Positions 1 to 12,600 of a stretch of DNA of 64,000 bases are shown piece after piece. Position 1 is the stretch's first letter. Every line of letters begins with the position of its first letter. This DNA is from Azolla caroliniana (taxonomy: Eukaryota > Plantae > Polypodiophyta): assembly GCA_043228905.1 (NCBI GenBank), contig JBHGNT010000004.1:25544001-25608000 (forward strand), written 5' to 3'. The position numbers and the translations under genes were made by a program. The notes below the pieces were generated by a model. The model saw only the letters and a program-made list of their open reading frames with translations. It did no database searches and was not told where the DNA came from.

Positions 1-3000
1 AGGGACAATACCATTTCGCCACATGGATGGTGGAGGATCGATGCTCCTTGCCTAACCATACACAAAATGAACAAATAGGTAGATTGTGGATAGGATTGGA
101 GTTGAAGCTTTGAAAGCAGGAACAATTAATTAAAGATATGCAGAGAGGACAATTCATGCAACAATACTAAAGTTTCATGTTGGGGCCTACTCTAATGGCA
201 AGTGATCACAATTAACCTATTGTGGGTGAATGAATACATAGATCAAATTCACATATATCTATGAATAATCCATAATGGATGTATAATATCCTACATAAAA
301 TATCATTCACACTTAAAAGATCTATAAATGTTAAGAAACGTGTGAATTGAGTTTGTCTAGTGATGATAGAAGGCCATTGGGGGGAGGGAGATGACGACTA
401 CGAGCCATTGTAAGTGGGAAAACATATAGATATATATATCATGATTTTAAAAAAATATCATAATTCTCGAAATGTGTCTAAAGCACCAAGATGCCGATTT
501 AATGGATGAACTAGGAGCTCCGAGCAATGCTATGCACGTCGTATCACATTTCCTCACATTTAAGATGTTTCCCCACTTTCGATGCACCATGGCTGTAACT
601 TCCAGACATGATGCATGATTTAACTATTGGCACCCACTTTAATGCAATATTTTCCCATCCGAAGATAAGCTATATAATAAGTTATAGCTATGAATGCCAA
701 TTATTTTAAGGAGAAAGCAAGATTGTAAAGGTTGGCACCTAATCTACAAATCGTTGTGTTTCTTTCACTAGGTTGGTTGGGATCCCTCATCCTTTCTATT
801 TTGTGGATAGAATACATTGTGTTCAATAACTTATTATTTCTTTTCGTGCTTGTCGTTTCATGGTAAAGTCAACTACGACATATGTGTCAAATGATTTAGT
901 AGTACTTGAAGGCAACAATACATTTACTACTAGTACATGTAAGTACTTCTCACAACACACTCAAATGAATTTTTGTACCACTTGTTATGCATCCTCCCAA
1001 GAATAGTTTGATCATCTATGGCTGGATCTGGAAGGAACTATACAAGTGGCCACAAATAAAATAGTATGAATGGGCATACTTCTTTCAACATCTTGTTAGA
1101 TAGGTTTGTCTTCTTACTAGCCTAACCACAATATTAGTTTAACTTTCAACATAAATGCATGGACACTCTACATTACCCAATTCAAGGCTAGTTTTAATAT
1201 GTCAGTGATCTTCAATTCTTGCTGGCGTTTGTTTATAAATCACTATAAATATGGAAGTGGGACATCACTAAGTTCATGCATGGTACACCTAAGATTGAGT
1301 TTTTCCAAGGCCAATAATGTCGTATGATCAATAATAAGTGCATATATATAAATATCTTTAAGTAACATGGTTCAATTTCTTTGAGATTGTAATATAAGGA
1401 ACATCGTTCTTTCTTCTTTTGGAAACTTTCTTCATCCTAATCAAAGACAGTATCATTAATTAATGAGAAATAAACATAAGATTTATTGTGACAATAGACA
1501 AGTTTCTTTTTGGTGGTGAGCTAGGCTACTATTTGACATGAACAAACAATGAAAAAGGTGTTGAGATTAATTTTAATAATCAATCAAAAAAGGGTTTATA
1601 AACAAATTAACCCATGGTGTAGTTATAGATTTGAAACCAGGGCATTGCATGACTTATCTAGGACTAGATGTGTATGTGACTCATCCTACTTGAGACAAGG
1701 TTGGTCTATATATGTTCTCTATCCTAAGGGTTCCCTTTCCATGCATTAGACAACCAAATTGTTGTTCCATTTTCATGTTGAATTTACTTAAACCATATTC
1801 AAGGTGGTACAAGATGAGATTAGGGCAATGATAGGGGTGTGAAATAAGAATAAGACGAGATATTTTACAATGATGACTATCGACACACACCATGCTATAC
1901 ACCATGACGTTTCCAAATATTTGTCCAACTAGAAACATATTCATCTCATATTATTACACTAATAAGCCTCAACTCTGATGGGACTAAGCCTTTTCGCGTC
2001 TCATCATTTACCACCATGTCATCATCATGTGGGTCAACTAATCTGCCTCCATGTCAGCACTACATATGTCACAGATCATTTTTCCACCATACATACCATG
2101 TTAGGCATCAAAAGCTTGATAAGAAATCAATTGCAAGATGCTAAACAACCAACTTCGATACCCATACTTTTTCTGCAACCAATGGATTGATTGGCGCACC
2201 AACCATACCATGTCACAACTCGGGCATGGTAGCACCCAACACATGTCGACCGATCGTTTGCTAACTGCATGTCAACACAATGCGTGGCAACCAACGATTT
2301 GCGACAAAGGTCAACATCAATGTCCCTAGTTTTTTTTTTGGTACCCAAACATTTTGATGGGTGGCCATACCACGGCAGGCATGTATCGTGAGACGACACA
2401 ACATTGTCGTTTGTATAGCTAATCATTTGGTCAAGCCAGTATTCATATCAAGTAAGTAGGTCATGAATCGATCACAAGTGCAACCCTACATTTTTTGTGA
2501 CCGACCATCAAGCTAGTATTCATATCAAGTAGGGACGGGCCGTGAGGGGTCATGAATTGATCACTTCTGCGGCCCTACTTTTTCTGTGACTGACCATTTG
2601 GCGAGCGGCCACACGAGGTTTCAGGCATTGGTGATGGGGTAAGGGCTAAATATGTAGATTTAAGGGAAATGGGAGCCTATTTTCTAGGGTTTCAGAAGAC
2701 TAAAGCTCTGTTTTTACAAACCTCCCCTGTTTTCTCTATAAACGATTTCCTCTGTTTTTTTTTGTCCCCCATCTTCTGGTTCACTACCTCATCCCCCCTC
2801 TTTCTCTGTTTCTTCTTATTCTTCTTTCCCCTGCTCTTTTTTTATATTTTACCACTGTATATGTACTAGGTGGGCTCGAATTAGGGCTAATCCTGACTTT
2901 TGCTTTACTTCTTCTTCTTCCTCTTCTTCTTCTTAATTAGGGTTTCTCACGTGGGGATTTGGGTGCTTCACCTAATCCATGTTTTCACTGCGTATTTCGC

Positions 3001-3106
3001 TGGCCTAAAATTAGGGTTTCCTTTCCTTTCCTTTCCTTCTGTTTGAACTTTAATTCCCCAGAAAGAATCCCAAGAAACCAATCCGCTTTCTTTCTTTCTG
3101 TCTCTC

Positions 3107-5395
3107 ATGGAAGGGGGAGGTGGATTCAAGCTTTTTGGCGTGAGGTTCTCTCCAGATTCTCAGAAGAATCCGTCTTCTCTTTCTCCTTCTCCTTCTCCTT
3201 CTTCTTCTTCTGCCATAGCTTCGATACAGATGCGGAAAAGTGTTAGTATGGGCAATCTGAGCAGCTATGGAGTAGGGAGGGAGAGAGAGAGGGAGAAGGG
3301 GAGAGAAAGAGAGAAGGTGAGGGAAATAGAGAGAGGAAGAGGGGTTCAGGAAATTGAAGGATCCGATCTAATAGCTGTGTCCATGCCTGAGACACCTGTG
3401 GAGGGCTATGCCTCTGATGATCTGGTTCACTCCAACAGCAACTCCAGAGAAAGAAAGAAAGGTATAAAAACACACATAGTTAATTAAATAATTAAATGAT
3501 TTGTCCTTTCATTTATCCTAATTACGTATTCAGTTTTAATTTTAAGCAATTAAATTTCTTGGTGATTTGATTTTGATTCATCATCCAGATCTATCACAAT
3601 TATGCGTATTTGCTATTATTTAGCTTTTTATAATTCTGTTTTTTACTGGATAAATATTAGAAATGGAATTTGAGTTAATGAGCAAATAAATATATTTTTC
3701 TCTTGAACTGTTTATCTGATTTATTTTATTTAGTTATCTATTTCTTGGATCTCTTTTTTATTTTTTTAAATCTTGAATTTTTATTTAAACTATTATATTA
3801 ATCTATTCACAAAGTTTTAATAATTTATTTTCCTGCGTTTTATTATGTTTTTCATTTAACCTATTATCTACATTTTGTGGGTTGTATTAGGAGTGGCATG
3901 GACAGAGGAAGAGCATCGGGCTTTTCTTCTTGGGCTTCAGAAGTTGGGTAAAGGGGACTGGCGAGGAATCTCGAGGAAATTTGTCAAGACCAGAACCCCA
4001 ACACAAGTGGCTAGCCATGCCCAAAAGCACTTCCTTAGAAGAAATAACCTCAACAAACGGCGGCGGAGATCAAGCCTTTTCGACATCACAGCCGAGACGG
4101 TATGGTGTCCATGTAACTTAGAGATACATTTATCCAGATCTCACTATCTATCATTGAGTAGGTGGAGCATACCTGGTTTGTATTGTTCTGTTCGGCATTG
4201 ACCATAGACATGATGTAATTCATGCACATATTAGTTGAGTCAATTTCGACATACTATTGGTCATTAGTTTGTGGGTGACCATTTAGTTAGGCCACAATCG
4301 ATCTGGATAGCTATGATAGGGACTTAGACCTATGGTTAAGTTGGTCAGAAAGGTTGAACTATGCATGATATTAGGACATATGGACTCACTCCATGTATTA
4401 GTGCGGTCAGTCAGAGCATATATAAGCTCATGAGCTCATGCATGGGCCATTCTGAAGGTCGGATTATCAAGAGCCAAGCTTGTTAACTTATAAATGGCAA
4501 TCGGGCCGGCTGTAGTGTAGACTTTAATAGTTATTAGCGTGTAAATGTCAAAATGCTGGAGAACTCTGAAGAAAACATGAGGGGGGAATAGGTTTTTCCC
4601 CATATAGGAAAATGTCTATAGAATTCTTATGACATGTACATATATGTGTGTTGTATGTGTGTGTGTTTGAGGGTATGTACTTGTTGCATCAGAGATAATC
4701 CATGTTGGATTGAGTTTCGGTGACATTTTCCTTACCAGGTCTCAAGCTTTCTCGGTGAACAGATGCTAGAGGAGCCAGGTTGTGATGACGAAGATGTTGA
4801 TGCTTGTCCAGAACTTAGGCTAGGACAGGCTATAACATACGGAAGTGCAAACAAAGTGGAGCTAGCACAACTTTCGTGGCGTACTCGTCAACATGTCACA
4901 GGATTTAGTATGCGCATGCCTGTAGTCTCTGAATCAACTGACCAAGTTGGCACAACTAACAATATGGAGATCAACGAGATGTGCGAGACTCGTTCCTCGG
5001 TGGATCCATTTGGTGAAGATGAAGTGGCGTCTTCAGATGCCGACAATAATGGATATAAAGAGGATTTGACTTCAAATTCGTCATCATTTCGGAACCTTCC
5101 ATTGGCACCATTGTGGTTAGGCCCAGGTTCCAATGGTTTTAAGATTGTGAAACCAACACCTATAGTTCCGAGACCAGATTTAAAGGTAGATGACACAAAG
5201 CCTTTATCATCAGTTCCTAGAATAAATGCAGTTCGGCCCATGATGGAGCCATCTGCGTTGTCGTATCAGCTCTTAGAGGAAGGTTCAAGACATTCAGCTT
5301 TTCACACTACTTCATCCTCAGCTAGTAGTAGTAGTAGTAGAGAAATGGATGGGCAAGCGAACTTGACACATGTGAATGCTATCAGTGTGCCCTAA
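3107..5395 (+). CDS. 1R-MYB (SHAQKYF-class, MYBS3/KUA1/MYBH-like) transcription factor; exons 3107-3461, 3891-4099, 4739-5395 (about 406 aa)
   Basis: Contains [15 protein letters not shown] and GYASDD motifs. The MYB repeat RERKKG|[47 protein letters not shown] is followed by [14 protein letters not shown] introns 3462-3890 (phase 1) and 4100-4738 (phase 0) join the three ORF pieces in frame. Confidence 0.93.
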
Positions 5396-7769
5396 AGTTA
5401 AAGCTACTGTGATGCAATGTTAGATTGTGTGTACTTGGTCCACACTTAGGTATCTAGCTACCATGATTTGTACATATACAAGGAAACACAATTGTACATG
5501 GGATTTTGATTGCATTTGTCAAGAGTGTTCTTTTAAGTTGTTCATTAGTCGTCTTAAGTATATATGGACTAATTTCACAACGCTTACAAAAGATTAAGTT
5601 TTTTCTCTACAAATGTCCCCATAAATGATAGATGGGTGTACATTTTTGCAACACTCATTAATCATGGTGCAATGGCATATTAGTACTTGGTGGTTCTGCT
5701 AGTATATTGGGGATTTTACTTATGTCATTATTGAGGGTCATGAGAGATCATTATAAGTTTTTCTTGTGACATACCTGACCAATTAATATGAGGATGTCAC
5801 CTCCATAGAGAATCAAATAGGAAGAGTACTAATTAATGCAATGGGCTAGTCTCTACTACTTAAGAATGTGGGAAACATGATGCATGATTTGGGCATGTGG
5901 GTCGCTTGAGAGGAAGAATTAGCAGATTTGCATAGCTTGAGGTATACATCACCAATGTATTGGAGTGGTTCCACATGGAAAGAGCCAAACCTTGCAATAT
6001 GCCAATGTTGGCCTACTAATTGAGATTGAAAAAGGATAATGCATGTGTAACTTTCCTTACTCTCTATTGGCAACTTGGTGTATTTCGTGGTGAGCATATT
6101 AACTTGGACATTGGAGCATATGTGGTGCCATTTTTTTTGACAATAAGCATTGGGAAGTGGTACTTACGAAATACAAGGTACCAATGCCAAAACAATCTAG
6201 TTGGGTAATTGGACTTCAATTAGGCAAAGTGTTTTCTAGAACTCGTTTAAAAAAGTTATCTTGAACAGTAAATAATTTATTGTTTGTCTCTCAAACCATT
6301 TACAACAATTCAATGTCTTAACATGTGATTCCGATTGATCAATGAATGTATTTGTAACAAGTTCTCTTGATTTTCCCATGCAATCTAGTCGTTAAGACGA
6401 TAATTCTCAATTCTAAGATATGACAATAAGAATAATGTAGGTGCAATTATTCACTTCATAGGCAGAGGTCGACAATCAATAGGAAGTTGATTATGCAAGT
6501 CTTGATGAATACAAAAGGCAAATGTGGGTTGAAGTAATAGTATGCAAAGAGACATTATTTGGCATGGTGTTGCATTCCTCAAAGAGAGTCAACAACTACA
6601 ATTTGTAAGAGCTAGATCATGACGATATTTTTTCCAATGTGTGCATTGACACTCTTTCACATTAGAAGATTGGCAAAATGTTGGTTGTGGAAGATAAGTT
6701 ACAAAATGTGAAAGTTGTATAATGTAATGTTTCCAGATTCTTCACGAAACTTAGAAGATTGTATTATGTTAGATAATGGTAGGCTTCTCATACACATACG
6801 TAATTGCACAAACTTGAAGATTGCACTTATGATGACAAACATTTTGACATGTCTCTGGGAGGAAGAATCGACCGTGTATTGTGAAAGAATGTGATGTATC
6901 CATGGTGAATACTAGAATTGGTCCATTGTCATTACACTGATTAGACCACAAGCCCTTATACTTGTACATCGCAACCCAAAAACTCAACATTAATGAATGC
7001 ATTCTCCCTTAGTGACGGTGTGAAAACAAATTGGGAGCAATTGAAGGATGTCATTCTCGAGGTAAAATGTTGGGTGATTATCATATGCTAAGCTTCCCAT
7101 GGAATGATGCAGAATATAAGGCTCATCTCCAAATGTTCGAGTTCTTAAAATGTAAGGCCCTAACATTGTCAATATTGAAGAATGTCGAGGAGACAAAAGA
7201 AAGAGACAATATTATCAAATGCAAGAAGGGATGAAAACATGAATGTTATAAAGTACAACCAAAGTTTTCATGGAGACAACTCTAGGAAAAAAAGGAAGAT
7301 ATAATGAGCGAATGAAGAGATGGACCGATATGTACATAAATTCTATTTCACAATGGGATAATGCCTATGAAGAATATGGAAACAAAGAACACCATATATT
7401 GCATGTGTGGCTATTGAATAAGTGTAATGACAAAGTGGTGTTTAATGATAAATGAGCTCTTGAATTGGACAACACCATAAACTTGGCAATGAAGCAACTA
7501 TTATGGGTTAAATGATCAAGTAAGGTTTTTTAGAAGATAGGCTCTTCAATTGGATTAAACCGTTCATAAAGGAGGTGATAAAAATGTGGTATACGACTGT
7601 CATGGTTAGCTTGGTTATTGCCAAGTTAGTAGCACTATCATGGAATAAAAAACATATTAGTTCATGGGTTGAACATCACAGCTTGGTTGTTGCCAAGTTA
7701 GTAGCACTATCATGGCATAAAAACATAATAGTTCGTGGGCTGAACATAAACACAAATGAGCACTTAGTG

Positions 7770-7930
7770 AAGTAGGATTTAGAGCAAAACACTCCATTTG
7801 ATCATCTGGTTACACTAATAATACGTATGGAAGATTGAGTTCAAGGGGAAACATTAGTACATTGTTGTTTTGTGGACTTCAAAGCCTTTAACATTGTACC
7901 ATCGAGCTTGCCTTGGAAAAGAATAATGAA
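7770..7930 (+). mobile_element. Degenerate non-LTR (LINE) reverse transcriptase fragment
   Basis: Frameshifted translation gives GFRAKHS..DHLVTL and CCFVDFKAFNIVP..WKR, matching the LINE RT GFR..S..D and F.D..KAFD.V motifs. Confidence 0.55.
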
Positions 7931-8224
7931 TGTCATTAGAGAGTAGTAGCAACAGGTGCCAATTGAAAATACAAGTAGTCTCTCAAAGTACTTCTTGTCC
8001 AACATTGTCTCAATTGTGGGTTACAACATCCACATCGTTATTAGAAGTGGGCACTCAAGAGGTACTAGCGATGCAAAGAACATACAAGTACATCACACAA
8101 GTCAACAATGTGCTTGGATAGACTATTGGAAGTGGAACATAGGATGCAAGCTACAAATAAGTAGTTGGGGGCCAAATTTGTGATTTGCCTAGGTGCTTGA
8201 CATTCTCAAATTGTTTGAAAGATT

Positions 8225-8246
8225 GGGGGGGGGGGGGGGGGGGGGG
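8225..8246. repeat. Poly-G homopolymer (about 22 nt)
   Basis: Directly visible run of G. Confidence 0.9.
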
Positions 8247-9481
8247 TAGTAAAAGATGTAGTAAAGCTCCTAGATGATGCTATGAAGTACATGAAGAATA
8301 GATTACTACTAGAAGGCACTATGGATGAAGTTGAAATATGCTAATTTGTCAAAATTTGATTATTACATTGCAAGTGTTAACACCCATGTTACAAAATCAA
8401 TACTAGTAGTAACGTTAAAATGCTAGAACATATCTAATCACATCTTACTACCCCCATGAGCCTTGGGCTCTTAGAGTGCCTTACACTTCTTAAACTTGCA
8501 AGTAGTTAAAAGGTGTGGTAGCATCGTGGCATGATCACCCTAGTACAAAGATATGCACAATGAGAACCTAATGGAGGATGAATCAATTAGTCCTCTCATG
8601 ATCAAGGTATAAGTTAGCATCATGACATGTCTCATAATTGCCTCCCCCCTAGCAAAGATGGTACAATATTGAAACTAGGTCATGTATTTCATTCTACCAA
8701 TGTTCCTTCCAATATGAGGACCATGTATTAAGTTCGTCAATGACAAATATGGTACAAGATTGAAACTAGGTCATGGATTTCCCATATTAATTTGTGCTTA
8801 TACCGCAAATCTTGAATAATTCTCTCACCTCAACAAGCTTATGCATCATCACTTAGGGGTAACACAATATGAATAAACAATACACATCCCCATCATCAAA
8901 AGAGATTTCAGTTGTCCATCAAAGGAGAGTATATTTGTAAAAAAGGAAGTAGATCTCATATTAAGAAAAGTTCTCTATGGTGTGTACATCACTGTTTCGT
9001 GGTGAAACCAAGGAAAAGAGAAGGACACTACATACATACTTGTATATGTACAACACTATTACAACTACATCAGTTCTCTCTATGTCCTAGTATCTAACAT
9101 GGTGTTAATAGTATATATATGCCTCCTTGCTGTCCTTGTTTCCTTTTATTTACTACTAGTTAAGAGATGTACATTTGCCCTATAGGAAGGGCTAGATTAT
9201 GTTAGGTACCCACCCAAGCGAACACACCACTTCATCTCGAAATATCTACCACCACCATGAACCTGACAACAAGAAACGAACAACCGATTTTTATAACAGC
9301 TATTACTCTCCATATAGCCTGAACCCTAAACCCTAAATCCTAAATTGAATTTTAGTAAAGCGTAAATAACCCATGTTGTTTATATCTATTTCTCTCCATA
9401 TTGCCGAATTTAGAAAAGTATAAAAAGCTTAGGGCACTCAAAAACCCTTTCAAAAACCTTAAAATTTTATTTAACCGCATG

Positions 9482-10153
9482 TTAGGAAAAACATAATGCA
9501 ATGCAATGAATATCATTTGTGCATATATGGGTTCTTGCAAATATTTTACCCTCACGGCGGGCACGAGGGGTGCACGCGCTGGGGCGGAGGTGGCATTGTT
9601 GGAGGAGATGGGTGCTCGCTCGGCTCATGCGCCTTTGACGATGCATCCTACTCTCTTCTTCTTCTTCTTCTTCTTCCTCACCACTACAATGGCGGCCGCT
9701 ACGCCTCTCTCCACGACTGGGTCGTTGCCATCCCCTAGGCCCAAACTCGGCTCGCTCTCGCTCTTCTTCTTCCTCTTCACACCGAGAATAACTCTTCCGA
9801 CCTCCTCCATATGCATCTCTCAAGGCACGGCACCGATCTTCCTCCGAGATCCGCTCGAGACTACGGCAACATCTCCGCAATTGCTCGGCTTCCTCTTCCT
9901 CTTCCTCTTCTTCCTCCCCGGAGGAGAACGACCGGCCCCCTCTCTTCATGCGTGGTGCCTCCTCCTCGAGCTCCCGACGGATGAAACTCTCGCACCCACG
10001 AAGCTGCCTACGCCACTCCTCGCCTCCGTGTCGGAAAACTTGCCTCTCCTCTCTCGATGCCGACACCGAGACCGACACCAACACACAAGATGCCATCATC
10101 ACCAAGCATAGCACTAATGCATGATTCTTATTATTCAAGATTGCAACCGCCAT
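9482..10153 (-). CDS. 2S albumin-like storage protein (prolamin superfamily), Arg/Glu-rich, with signal peptide; true 3' end may be spliced (donor after 9550, acceptor before 9262, stop at 9246)
   Basis: Hydrophobic signal peptide (ALVLCLVMMASCVLVSVSVSA) followed by the albumin-type skeleton QLRGCESFIR / QLRRCCRSLERISEEDRCRAL / LLQQCHL..SAC. The region is GC-rich and coding-like up to about 9550, then abruptly AT-rich after GAG G|GTAAAA. Confidence 0.8.
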   Translation of the reverse strand: MAVAILNNKNHALVLCLVMMASCVLVSVSVSASREERQVFRHGGEEWRRQLRGCESFIRRELEEEAPRMKRGGRSFSSGEEEEEEEEEAEQLRRCCRSLERISEEDRCRALRDAYGGGRKSYSRCEEEEEERERAEFGPRGWQRPSRGERRSGRHCSGEEEEEEEEESRMHRQRRMSRASTHLLQQCHLRPSACTPRARREGKIFARTHICTNDIHCIALCFS

Positions 10154-10250
10154 TTTGCTGACCTAGAATTTGTCTACACAAAAAAAACAGCTCCTTGTAG
10201 GGTGGGATGGGGATGGGGATGGGGATGGGGTTGGGGTGTATGTAAGGAGC

Positions 10251-10370
10251 CTTTTATAAGGGCTCATTAGGGTTGTCCTTGTCCTTGTCCTTGTTTGCAT
10301 GCATGATTGCCACCTTTTACGTGGCCCACATGCAAGAAGAGCATGTTTAGTTTCACGTGTCCCAACATGC
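10251..10370 (-). promoter_or_regulatory. Seed/spore-maturation-type promoter: TATA box plus RY and ABRE/G-box cluster
   Basis: TATAAAAG (10258-10251, minus), RY CATGCATGCA (10305-10296), ABRE ACGTGGC (10319-10325), RY CATGCA (10329-10334) and G-box/ABRE CACGTGTC (10354-10361), all 100-210 bp upstream of the albumin ATG. Confidence 0.8.
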
Positions 10371-12029
10371 CCAAACATCTCATAATGCCCCCATATGACC
10401 TACCACGCCCATCAGCTTAGATCCGTTAAGTTTCATAATTATGTATCTTTTTCAGGGTACTTGGCTCTCCTTTGAAACTTCAACTCAATGAGACTCTTCT
10501 CTATTGCCCGACCTCCTATATTAGACACACCTACCAAGGGGTGACACAAATAGGTCTTCAATCTAATTTATCTCAATATAAGCTAGTATGCTACATTATA
10601 CTTAAATTTTTTGGTAAGGTCCTATTGGCATCTTCATTCTCATCAATCTCACGGGCCAAATCATACTTCTCATTTGAACTCGCACTATATTCTCACCACA
10701 AATCACCAACATATTTTAAAAAGGGTTAGGCTACATACATAACAATATTGCAAAGGCCTAAACATAATTCTCTAGTATGTCTAAATATCAAATATTGTCA
10801 TGATCTTCTTTGGTAGATATTCCTCGTCTTATAGTTAACAAATATATAATCATAATGCATGCAAATGTCAACCATTTTGGGTTAAATAGTGTGTAGTGGA
10901 TAATATGGGTGGGGAGCCCCTTCAATGGGGAATAATGGAAGTACACAAAAACTTTAATGTTGCACACTTATTTGTGAGTAGCATTAGGCCGAAGAGATAG
11001 AAGTTGGCGATACTAAACAAAATAAAAGATAGTCTAGTTATCAAAATCCTTGTGATTACTTGTGCAAACTTGAGAAGTAAGCTACTAACTAAGTCTTCGA
11101 TTGTGTTTTTGATCATGACAACACATTGTGTTACTTCTAGCGCTCAACATATATTTGTCAATAAAAAGAAGAAAAAAGGCAACAACTAACAAAACCAAAC
11201 AAAAATGAGAGAGGATATAAAGATGACAACTCATCATACTAATGCAAGGGGCACTAAGTGATGCGAAGGAGGGATGTCGATTAGGACAAAAAGCATATTG
11301 TTGTTAGTCATTGTGGTGATGTGGGTGAGGTTCCCACCATTAACATATGTTTCTAATGCCACTTACAATATAAGGGTATCATCCAAAAAAGGGATATTAA
11401 ATAGTGACTAGGGGAAAGCTATATAAATTTAGTGGAAAGTTTAATATTAGGATTTTAAGTTGTTGCTTTTTTCATGAAAGGAATAAATCAATATTTTATC
11501 TTACTTTTGATAAAGGATATCACTCATCATTTTTACAGATGAAATTAGTTAACCCTTCATACCAAAGTTTAAAAAAAAAAACTATCAGTACGTTTACATT
11601 AGTGTTTGTTGGAGGAGATCCCACCTATCGACCTCAACTAACTAATTGCAGTCAAAGAAAAATGAAATATAAACGAATAACTAACCATAACTCGTTTATA
11701 AGTTAATCAATGGTATTGTTTGTTGTAGGCCAAATTGTGCTATATTAAAGTTTCCCAACATATATCCTAATTCAAGGGCTATTCACATGTAGAGCTAACG
11801 AAGGTTCATTCATGCATTTTTCTCATGCTCTCTTACATCTTCCAAGTGTGCTCCACACATTCACTGTCATTGGACCCATACTCGGAGCGACTATTGTCAA
11901 CGATATTTGATGATATCAAAATAGCCCTTTTGCATAAAAATATTATGTATTACAAAATGTAACACAATGTTTCCTTGTGGACATTTTTTTATTATTGAGT
12001 TGTCTTTTTGAATTTGTTTCAGGGAGATT

Positions 12030-12600
12030 TGATAAATTACTCCTCCCTTGAATGATGGGGTAATATTGATTATAAACCCCTAGCATTTTTCATAAGATTA
12101 AATCTACCCTTGATCCCAAACACTCGTAAAACGAGATCGAGCGATACTTTTAAGAAGTGTAGGCCTTAACAAAAGGGAAAAAGTAGCGATGCTCAATATG
12201 GGTATAGTGCAAGTAAGGGTTTGATTCCAATGTATTTAAGGAGATTTTAAAAAGTTGGAGCTAACAATGCCTTCGAGGTTGCATAATAATAAATCGATTT
12301 GATGTAAAAAAATCGATTGCTTTTTAATTTCATTAGGCCACACCATACCTAATTAGCTTTGAGCTAATTGTTAAGCATTGCACTTACGTCATCATGATTA
12401 ATTAGGCTGGTATGTGTGATCACCTAAATTGGTTGCATCAAAATTACTAGTTCCTTCTACTAAAGTCATCGATGTCTAAGTTATAAAATATTATCCCACC
12501 GGTCCTTCTATAGTTTGACCAGGGGTTGTTTTGTCATTATGAAAACTTTAAGGGTTGTAATCGATACTAGCCCCAAATACAAAAGATAGTTTCCGTTAAA
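12030..12600. mobile_element. Degenerate MITE/Mutator-like element with long terminal inverted repeats
   Basis: About 70 bp at 12034-12110 (…ggggtaatattgattataaacccctagcatttttcataag…) is an imperfect reverse complement of about 12522-12592 (…ttatgaaaactttaagggttgtaatcgatactagcccc…). No TSD could be resolved. Confidence 0.4.

Noticed and set aside
9322-9345. AACCCTAAACCCTAAATCCTAAA as a telomere or fusion relic
   Set aside because: Only about three units; typical short interstitial telo-box.
9506-10111. 201-aa plus-strand ORF with poly-Phe
   Set aside because: Antisense shadow of the albumin GAA/GAG repeats.
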